Source of the DNA: a phage
Length of the DNA stretch: 64,000 bases
Reading direction: 5' to 3' (one strand)
Sequence record: PZ445527.1
Below the pieces are notes generated by a model. It was not told where the DNA came from and did not search any database. It saw nothing but the letters and a program-made list of their open reading frames with translations. Shown one piece after another: positions 16,237 through 21,976 of this stretch (positions are counted from its first letter, which is position 1; each line of letters starts with the position of its first letter). The position numbers and the translations under genes are program-made.

Positions 16237-16313
16237 TGGGGTGGCTAGTGGAACTCGAATCCACATAGGCCTGATTCACAATCAGGATCATTAACCAATT
16301 ATGATATAGCCAC
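16237..16313 (-). tRNA. tRNA-His(GUG)
   Basis: Clean cloverleaf: GTGGCTA/TAGCCAC, D stem TCAT/ATGA, CCTGA-TTGTGAA-TCAGG, GTGGA-TTCGAGT-TCCAC, encoded CCA. Confidence 0.9.
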
Positions 16314-16424
16314 AATTGAAAACTCGCAGGGTTAGCGAAACCATCCTCAATTAGCATGTTCTAGAATACTAATCAAGTTATCTCCTATTGCACGCAGCTC
16401 AAGACGAGTACGAATTTTCAATTG

Positions 16425-16531
16425 TGGCGGCTCTCAGAAACTCTTCTATTCTAGCCTCAGAAGCTTACCCCCGAACGCATGTCGGGAAAGTCTTTCCAAG
16501 CGCATCAAATAGCACCGTTACACTTTGAGCC
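16425..16531 (-). ncRNA. 107-nt structured RNA with a tRNA-like GGCTC/GAGCC terminal stem and encoded CCA
   Basis: No cloverleaf can be drawn. Internal hairpins GGAAA-GAC-TTTCC and CTTCT-11 nt-AGAAG. It sits in tRNA-gene spacing between tRNA-His and tRNA-Ser. Confidence 0.4.
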
Positions 16532-16679
16532 ATTGATGTATCAAGGAATAGAAGGACTTGAACCTTCATGAGTTAGACCATTTAACTCAACCGCTTTTTA
16601 GGGTATATTTCTAGGAGTGGATGTTCCTAGTAAACCTATTCGGCAGTCCCGTCTACCAATTCCGGCATATTCCAAGATT

Positions 16680-16774
16680 TGGAGGTAGGTAAGGGGATCG
16701 AACCATTACACCGTATCACTACGGTCAACCGATTTCAAGTCGGAGTCCATCGCCAGCCGTTGGATTGACCTACC
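16680..16774 (-). tRNA. tRNA-Ser(UGA), class II
   Basis: Acceptor GGTAGGT/ACCTACC, anticodon loop CTTGAAA, variable arm ACCGTA-GTGA-TACGGT, T loop TTCGATC, encoded CCA. Confidence 0.85.
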
Positions 16775-16786
16775 TTATAAATTGTT

Positions 16787-16871
16787 TGGTGGGTTAGGAG
16801 AGACTCGAACTCTCACGCACTTAAGCAAGGGCTTCTAAGACCCTCGTGGCTACCAATTACACCACTAACCC
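16787..16871 (-). tRNA. tRNA-Leu(UAG), class II
   Basis: Acceptor GGGTTAG/CTAACCC, 3-bp D stem, AGGGT-CTTAGAA-GCCCT, GAGAG-TTCGAGT-CTCTC, encoded CCA. Confidence 0.9.
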
Positions 16872-16877
16872 CTAATT

Positions 16878-16952
16878 TGGTGGACAGTAGGAGAGTCGAA
16901 CTCCTCACTCCTGAGTGCAAGTCAGGTATTTTCCCAGATAAACTAACCGCCC
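16878..16952 (-). tRNA. tRNA-Ala(UGC)
   Basis: Acceptor GGGCGGT/ACTGTCC (with G:U pairs), CCTGA-CTTGCAC-TCAGG, AGGAG-TTCGACT-CTCCT, encoded CCA. Confidence 0.9.
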
Positions 16953-17191
16953 AAATTCTTTAATTTACTAAGGCTATTAGCTCGGCGTAACTACAGCACC
17001 TTCGCTTCAAGCGGAAGGAACCGCGTCATCTCGCAAACCCAATACACTATTCAGTTGCCGCTGAATCTAGTGGACTAATCTAGAACTTCTCCCGAGTCGT
17101 AGGGATCGTGCTTTTTGGCAGCCAGTCCTAGGTCGAGCTAATACCTTAGTGAATTATGATGAGGATTTCTCCCATATCAATTTATATAAAT

Positions 17192-17220
17192 ATTATAACA
17201 AGAAATTAATCATCAAGCAA
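17192..17220 (-). promoter_or_regulatory. T5-type early promoter (TTGCTT-17-TATAAT) driving a leader RNA and the Ala-Leu-Ser tRNA cluster
   Basis: Hexamers and spacer read directly. No long ORF lies downstream, only a 9-codon mini-ORF and structured RNA. Confidence 0.75.
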
Positions 17221-17238
17221 TTGAGTTTTTCTTGAAAT

Positions 17239-17314
17239 TGGTAGCGGGTTCCAGTACTGCCCTGGACTTACTTAGCTTATGAGACTAAGAAGAACTCTAT
17301 GCCTTCCACCCGCA
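17239..17314 (-). tRNA. tRNA-Met/Ile2(CAU)
   Basis: 76 nt: acceptor (T)GCGGGT/ACCCGC(T), TTAGT-CTCATAA-GCTAA, T stem TCCAG/CTGGA with a non-canonical loop GGCAGTA, encoded CCA. Confidence 0.6.
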
Positions 17315-17320
17315 ATTGTT

Positions 17321-17445
17321 TGGTTATTCTAGACAGGATTCGAACCTGTTATCACTTGTGCGGACTTACGAGAACCATTCTTTCACTCGAATCGAACGAG
17401 CTTCTGCCCTAGCCAAGCTGGTTTCCCCATCAACCACGCTAGAAT
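17321..17445 (-). ncRNA. oversized (about 121-125 nt) tRNA-like gene with a nested extra T-arm
   Basis: Perfect acceptor ATTCTAG/CTAGAAT, D arm TGGT-10 nt-ACCA and T arm ACAGG-TTCGAAT-CCTGT enclose about 67 nt, including a second CTCG-TTCGATT-CGAG hairpin. Confidence 0.35.
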
Positions 17446-17567
17446 GTTTGATTGTTTTCAGTGCAAGAGTCCGAGTCTTGGACACGACCGTTTCGCAAGT
17501 ACATAGGCAGCTTATCATGAGTCAGCACTTCCGAATTGCTAGCCCCGTGTTCTGCACTGAAATTTTA

Positions 17568-17915
17568 TTAGTTTAACCGTAAAGTATTATCTAATTCACC
17601 ATTAATTGTTCGGCATTCCTCTGGAATTGCTGGTGTGGCCTTGTATTCCCACCACTCAGCACCATCATATTCCCCACGTTCTAGCCAAGTTCCGTCGGCA
17701 AACCATACATTACCATAAAGTAATTGTCCACCGTATCCAGAATCATACTCAAAGTCTAGGTTATCAAGAAAATCCTCAATATCTTCTTCTGTATAGCCTA
17801 AAGGTAATACCCAAACTTTTTTATCCCCATAATACCCGAATTCTATTTTAATACACTTAATTTTAGAATTGGTATTTTTTAAGGCAAGTAACAACTCTTC
17901 TTTAGCATTACGCAT
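17568..17915 (-). CDS. hypothetical protein (115 aa)
   Basis: Minus-strand ORF between tRNA genes; acidic and Trp/Tyr-rich. Confidence 0.55.
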   Translation of the reverse strand: MRNAKEELLLALKNTNSKIKCIKIEFGYYGDKKVWVLPLGYTEEDIEDFLDNLDFEYDSGYGGQLLYGNVWFADGTWLERGEYDGAEWWEYKATPAIPEECRTINGELDNTLRLN

Positions 17916-17940
17916 AGTATATTCTCATACTGAATTAATT

Positions 17941-18017
17941 TGGCGCGACTGATGGGATTTGAACCCACATTCCCTCCCGTGATAGGGGAGTACCATTACC
18001 AAGCCAGCCACGGTCGC
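17941..18017 (-). tRNA. tRNA-Asp-type with anticodon AUC (A34)
   Basis: Acceptor GCGACCG/CAGTCGC, CTCCC-CTATCAC-GGGAG, GTGGG-TTCAAAT-CCCAT, encoded CCA. The loop differs from the Asp CTGTCAC loop only at position 34. Confidence 0.7.
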
Positions 18018-18026
18018 ATAATTTAT

Positions 18027-18212
18027 TTACTCAGCTTTGAGTTTTTCAATAGCTGCATTAAGTTCTTTAAGAAACTCTTTTCGTACATTAAGACGATTGA
18101 GACTTACTAGTATATCATGTTTAAGTTCTTCGATGTATTTCTTCTCAACTTCAATATTGTTGATAGTGCTATCACGATGAACTTCTAGCTGCGCAATCAC
18201 ATTCTTGGACAT
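18027..18212 (-). CDS. hypothetical coiled-coil protein (61 aa)
   Basis: Minus-strand ORF between tRNA genes. Confidence 0.45.
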   Translation of the reverse strand: MSKNVIAQLEVHRDSTINNIEVEKKYIEELKHDILVSLNRLNVRKEFLKELNAAIEKLKAE

Positions 18213-18314
18213 GCTTGTTTCCTCAGTTATTAATGAAAATGGTATCTGTGGCTGAATTAGATGTCAGCAATGATAGCTGGTTGGCTACCGGTTTACTTAA
18301 CTCTACACAGAATT

Positions 18315-18397
18315 TGGCGGGCCGTGTAGGATTCGAACCTACGTTGTCTTTCGACACGGATTAACAATCCGCCGCCAAACCGCTTGGCTAACGACCC
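18315..18397 (-). tRNA. tRNA-Asn(GUU) with a long variable region (83 nt)
   Basis: Acceptor GGGTCGT/ACGGCCC, D arm GCCA-AGCGGTT-TGGC, GCGGA-TTGTTAA-TCCGT, 13-nt variable region GTCGAAAGACAAC, GTAGG-TTCGAAT-CCTAC, encoded CCA. Confidence 0.75.
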
Positions 18398-18552
18398 TAA
18401 AAAATTTATATTGCTGACTAGGGTTTTCACCTAGACGGAGTTAGCACCGTAGCGTGTAGCGGCATACCTCTCCAAACCGTGCCTCATCTTTCAATTACGG
18501 AGACAGTGTTCCTACGCGTGCCTGAATTGATTTAACAATTCTTTCAGCAAAT

Positions 18553-18628
18553 TGGACGACCGCATGAGGATTGAACTCACATAAAAAGGATTTGCAATCC
18601 TTCGCCTAAGCCATTCAGCCAACGGTCG
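18553..18628 (-). tRNA. tRNA-Cys(GCA)
   Basis: Acceptor CGACCGT/GCGGTCG, AAGGA-TTGCAAA-TCCTT, GTGAG-TTCAATC-CTCAT, encoded CCA. The 5' 14 nt overlap the end of ORF 18615..18806. Confidence 0.85.
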
Positions 18629-18806
18629 ATTTATCTTGTTTTTCGAGATCTTCAAACTCTAAATCATTGAAGTTCCCTAGAGTACGGGTATAGAACCCAT
18701 CCCCTGCGTCATAGCCTGATTTACCACAATCACACATTTTAAATTCGCGCAGGTGTGTGAAAACATGTTCAGAACCACAACACTTAAATCTAACTAATCG
18801 TTTCAT
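18615..18806 (-). CDS. zinc-finger protein (63 aa)
   Basis: First ORF after promoter 18835..18863, with CC...CDC cysteine pairs. The stop lies inside tRNA-Cys. Confidence 0.55.
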   Translation of the reverse strand: MKRLVRFKCCGSEHVFTHLREFKMCDCGKSGYDAGDGFYTRTLGNFNDLEFEDLEKQDKSTVG

Positions 18807-18834
18807 TAGCTTCTCCAGTTCAATTTATGTAATT

Positions 18835-18863
18835 ATTATATAGAACTTTTGGGAACTAAGCAA
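18835..18863 (-). promoter_or_regulatory. T5-type early promoter (TTGCTT-17-TATAAT)
   Basis: Hexamers and 17-nt spacer read directly. Confidence 0.75.
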
Positions 18864-19128
18864 CTACATTTTTTAAGAATTTGATGCCTTTCTTTTTCTT
18901 CTTATATTTCCACGTTAATGGATTCTGTCGATTATGAACGCTTGAGATCTTTGTCTCGTCAAAGTTCTTCAATATCATGTAATCACAAGATAATTGTTCT
19001 AGTGGAATGTGATCACCGTCAAAAGCGTATACATAAGGCTGTTGACTAGCACGATAATGATAGACTTTGTTAATTCTACGTTTCAGCGACTTATCCGCGC
19101 AGTAAATAAAGAAGTTTTAAGGGTGCAT
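18856..19128 (-). pseudogene. ORF interrupted by an in-frame TAA after codon 3
   Basis: AAGGAG-ATGCTG-ATG CAC CCT TAA, then 86 further sense codons open in the same frame (NFFIYCADKSLKRRINKVYHYRASQQPYVYAFDGDH...) before the terminal TAG. No alternative start follows the stop. Confidence 0.5.
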
Positions 19129-19145
19129 CAGCATCTCCTTCAATT

Positions 19146-19229
19146 TGGTGCATCGTGCTGGATTTGAACCACCAACCCCGAAGGGCACGGATTTACAGAC
19201 CGCTGCAATAGCCATTCTGCCAACGATGC
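19146..19229 (-). tRNA. tRNA-Tyr(GUA), class II
   Basis: Perfect acceptor GCATCGT/ACGATGC, anticodon loop CTGTAAA, variable arm CCC-TTCG-GGG, T loop TTCAAAT, encoded CCA. Confidence 0.85.
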
Positions 19230-19292
19230 ACATTTAAAAGTATTCAAATACTAGTTTAAACACTTTTAAATATGTTTCCAAATTAGATAACT

Positions 19293-19321
19293 ATTATACC
19301 AAGTTTTAAGGCACTGAGCAA
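19293..19321 (-). promoter_or_regulatory. T5-type early promoter (TTGCTC-17-TATAAT) upstream of tRNA-Tyr
   Basis: Hexamers and spacer read directly. The -35 box is embedded in the 3' arm of a 12-bp hairpin (GCACTGAGCAAG...). Confidence 0.65.
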
Positions 19322-19357
19322 GTCAGATTTTGAAGAACTTGCTCAGTGCTGTATTAG

Positions 19358-19642
19358 TTAGTCGAACTTAGGAGTGACAGATAAGGAGAACGGAAGTTCA
19401 AAAACTTCTTCACCCTCATTACTAACGGTAACTACACGACCTTTAAGTTCAGACATTAAAATATCAATATCAGCTTTTGCATCTGGAGCCATGCCAGCTT
19501 CAATACATTTAGCTTTAACTTCCGGTAAAAGCTCTACGTTATAGAGATAGAGCCACTCAATCTCACCTTCCCAGTCTTCCCAGTCTTCCCAGGATTTGCA
19601 GATTGCACTTTCAATACCAGTTGCTACAACACGATTTTGCAT
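19358..19642 (-). CDS. hypothetical acidic protein (94 aa)
   Basis: First ORF after promoter 19673..19702, with RBS GAAGGAG. Confidence 0.6.
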   Translation of the reverse strand: MQNRVVATGIESAICKSWEDWEDWEGEIEWLYLYNVELLPEVKAKCIEAGMAPDAKADIDILMSELKGRVVTVSNEGEEVFELPFSLSVTPKFD

Positions 19643-19672
19643 TCGTTAACTCCTTCATCAATTTATATAACT

Positions 19673-19702
19673 ATTATACCAGAAATTTAAAGCAAAAGGC
19701 AA
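19673..19702 (-). promoter_or_regulatory. T5-type early promoter (TTGCCT-18-TATAAT)
   Basis: Hexamers read directly; 18-nt spacer. Confidence 0.65.
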
Positions 19703-19732
19703 GTACATTTTTAAAAATTCTGTTTGGAGGAG

Positions 19733-19939
19733 CTAAACTCCAGATTCTTCTGCCAAGTCTAGACTAATAAGAGTTATAGCCATAATTGCTGCACCGTGTT
19801 CTTTTTCTCCGGTGTTTTTAGCAGAGTCTATAATATCCTTAATCTGTTCGTAATAACTTTTTACTTCTTGTTCAATGCCTGCCTCGGCTATCATGCCTTT
19901 AGTCATGAGTCGTTGCATGGTAATTTCAGTATTAGCCAT
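19733..19939 (-). CDS. hypothetical protein (68 aa)
   Basis: Minus-strand ORF with an ATGGCTAA overlap with the upstream small ORF. Confidence 0.5.
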   Translation of the reverse strand: MANTEITMQRLMTKGMIAEAGIEQEVKSYYEQIKDIIDSAKNTGEKEHGAAIMAITLISLDLAEESGV

Positions 19940-20099
19940 GTTGTTTCTCCAGTTTCATTTTTAATAGTTTACAAATGAAATCAACGTCTTCATCCGTGCC
20001 TAGATCTCTATCTTCAAGGGTTGCCTTGAAATTTTTTGTTAGTTCCATAAGAATAACTTCCCTGGAACGACGTGTTGGCGGGGGTGGATGTCTATACAT
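19932..20099 (-). CDS. hypothetical small protein (55 aa, not in the ORF track)
   Basis: AAGGAAATAAG-ATG directly downstream of tRNA-Met. The frame is open to the overlap with the next gene. Confidence 0.4.
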   Translation of the reverse strand: MYRHPPPPTRRSREVILMELTKNFKATLEDRDLGTDEDVDFICKLLKMKLEKQHG

Positions 20100-20114
20100 C
20101 TTATTTCCTTAATT

Positions 20115-20189
20115 TGGTGGGTCGGAGGAGAATCTAACTCCTACTCGTTAGCTTATGAGGCCACCGCTTTAACTTTAAGCTACCGACCC
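20115..20189 (-). tRNA. tRNA-Met(CAU)
   Basis: Acceptor GGGTCGG/CCGACCC, D arm GCTT/AAGC, anticodon loop CTCATAA, AGGAG-TTAGATT-CTCCT, encoded CCA. Confidence 0.75.
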
Positions 20190-20195
20190 TATGTT

Positions 20196-20284
20196 TGGCG
20201 GAAGAAGTGGGAATCGAACCCACAAGGCTATATTTCAAACCGACAGATTAGCAATCTGCTGCAATACCGTTATGCTATTCTTCC
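20196..20284 (-). tRNA. tRNA-Ser(GCU), class II
   Basis: Perfect acceptor GGAAGAA/TTCTTCC, GCAGA-TTGCTAA-TCTGT, long variable arm, GTGGG-TTCGATT-CCCAC, encoded CCA. Confidence 0.85.
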
Positions 20285-20298
20285 GAATTTATAAATAT

Positions 20299-20327
20299 AT
20301 TATATTAGAAATTTAGCTTCATAGCAA
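20299..20327 (-). promoter_or_regulatory. T5-type early promoter (TTGCTA-17-TATAAT) for the Ser/Met tRNA pair
   Basis: Hexamers read directly. The -35 box and part of the spacer lie inside the last codons of ORF 20305..20823. Confidence 0.7.
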
Positions 20328-20823
20328 GAAAATTTTTCAAGTTTTCGGTAGACATCTCATCCACATCTACAGGAGAAACAAATCCATTTAATTGTCTAGC
20401 AAATTTTTTACCAGCAGGATCATTATCCCCAACAGCTACCAATTTAAAAGGTAGTAATTTCAATTGCTTTAATAGCGCTTTTCCTGGAGAAGAACCCAAC
20501 ATTGCCAAGGCTGGATAACCAGCGTTATGTAACGCAACTGCCTTAAATACAGATTCAGCAATCAATACCACTTTTTCATCTCCATTGAGAGTTTCTAGTC
20601 CCCATACACACTGTGTAGTAGAATAAGTAAAATATCTAGCTTCAAAGGGGCACTTACCATGACCTTTTGGAGCAGAAGGATTATAAGTCTGATAGCCTCT
20701 CAACATCCCAGAGAAGTCATACAATGGGACTGTTAGCCATCCTTCCGGGCTTAACCAGCAATGATATTTATCTGTATCAAACCCTCTAGATAAGAGATGT
20801 TCTGTTAGTTCATCAACAGTCAT
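20305..20823 (-). CDS. Toprim-domain protein (172 aa)
   Basis: Toprim-like signature: conserved Glu (LIAESVFKA) and DxD (AVGDNDPAGKKFA). Confidence 0.6.
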   Translation of the reverse strand: MTVDELTEHLLSRGFDTDKYHCWLSPEGWLTVPLYDFSGMLRGYQTYNPSAPKGHGKCPFEARYFTYSTTQCVWGLETLNGDEKVVLIAESVFKAVALHNAGYPALAMLGSSPGKALLKQLKLLPFKLVAVGDNDPAGKKFARQLNGFVSPVDVDEMSTENLKNFLAMKLNF

Positions 20824-20859
20824 ATTTGATCCCCTAGTTAGTTGTATAAATACATTATA

Positions 20860-20896
20860 CAGAAAAGCCCTGCGCTCTCCAGTGAACGCAGGGCTT
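20860..20896 (-). terminator. rho-independent terminator
   Basis: AGCCCTGCG-12 nt-CGCAGGGCT stem followed by TTTTCTG, then a TATAAT -10 box. Confidence 0.8.
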
Positions 20897-20919
20897 ACTT
20901 CGAATATTACGTGTGGGTA

Positions 20920-21867
20920 TTACTTGTTACGCATATCCATAATCATTTGGCCATCGTAACCAGTGCCAACCACAGTCTGCGGTACACCACCTTGATACTT
21001 CTGAGCACGAATCATTTCAACTTCTAGTTGCTTCCAGCGAATCATCTCAGGAGTAATGGTACGTTGCAGAGCGGCGTTAGCTTCAGCTTCTTTCTTAGCT
21101 GCGTACAGTTTAGCATCTGCATCACGTTCGTTTGCAATAGCTTGGTTGTTACGAGCTTCACGATCTGCTTCTGCTTGTTTAACCTTCTGCTGTGCTTCTT
21201 GTTCAACACGAGCCAACTCAGCTTTCGCAGCATTAACTTGTTCTTCACGAACTTTGGTATTCTGTACCTGTTCCATGATTACAGGCGGCAAAGTAATATC
21301 CTGAAGGAACACTTGCTTAACTGTGTAACCATAAGGGCGTGCATACTCTTCAACTTCCTGTTGAATTGCAGTTTGCAATTGAGCCTGAATTTTAGCATCA
21401 AACAAATCTTGTGCTTTAGGTACAGACTTACCAAACTCACGAATAGTAGACAGTAATTTTTCAGTTACATACTTGTCTAGTGCCTGATCCTGAGTACCTG
21501 CATTAATACGGTTAATCGGTGCCTTAGAACCATCAAACTGCAACATAACAGTCAGGTCAACAGTGGATTTAAACTTATCCTGACTAGGAACCTGAAGTTT
21601 ATCTAATTTTACAGCAATATCTTTTGTACTGAAAGTATCGAAAGATGCAAACGGGTTTACAATATGGAAACCAGGTAATACTGGATTAGGGTCTACTTTA
21701 CCAAGAAATGTTTGGGTTTTAACCGTACCATCAGAAACAATAGTATATGAATTAAAAGCTAGGATTAAACCTGCTAAACCAACTACAGCACCAATACCCC
21801 AACGTTTAATAGTACGGATTACTTTCTGCTCAGAAGTCAGTTCTTTCATATTTTTAGTAGCAAACAT
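20920..21867 (-). CDS. SPFH/band-7 (prohibitin/HflC-like) membrane protein (315 aa)
   Basis: N-terminal TM helix, an SPFH-like core and a long Ala/Glu/Gln coiled coil. Strong E. coli-type codon bias. Confidence 0.7.
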   Translation of the reverse strand: MFATKNMKELTSEQKVIRTIKRWGIGAVVGLAGLILAFNSYTIVSDGTVKTQTFLGKVDPNPVLPGFHIVNPFASFDTFSTKDIAVKLDKLQVPSQDKFKSTVDLTVMLQFDGSKAPINRINAGTQDQALDKYVTEKLLSTIREFGKSVPKAQDLFDAKIQAQLQTAIQQEVEEYARPYGYTVKQVFLQDITLPPVIMEQVQNTKVREEQVNAAKAELARVEQEAQQKVKQAEADREARNNQAIANERDADAKLYAAKKEAEANAALQRTITPEMIRWKQLEVEMIRAQKYQGGVPQTVVGTGYDGQMIMDMRNK

Positions 21868-21901
21868 ATATTTCCTTTGTTTTAGTTACAGTTAATAAAA
21901 T

Positions 21902-21976
21902 TGGCCGAGGTGACAGGATTCGAACCTGCATAAAGGAATTTAGAAGACTCCTGCCTCTCCCTTAGACTACACCCCG
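21902..21976 (-). tRNA. tRNA-Arg(UCU)
   Basis: Acceptor CGGGGTG/CACCTCG, GGAGT-CTTCTAA-ATTCC, GCAGG-TTCGAAT-CCTGT, encoded CCA. Confidence 0.85.

Noticed and set aside
16543-16612. 70-nt tRNA-like unit with acceptor AGAAATA/TATTCCT and T arm GAAGG-TTCAAGT-CCTTC
   Set aside because: It has no D arm. Its only central hairpin (GAGTTA-AATGGTC-TAACTC) lacks U33 and a purine at position 37, and no CCA is encoded. It is not reported as a tRNA and may be a decayed gene or a small RNA.
21028-21456. Plus-strand and alternative-frame ORFs (142, 82 and 68 aa) inside the SPFH gene
   Set aside because: All of them overlap the 315-aa SPFH ORF, whose domain content is recognisable. The competitors are Cys/Leu/Ser-rich shadows.
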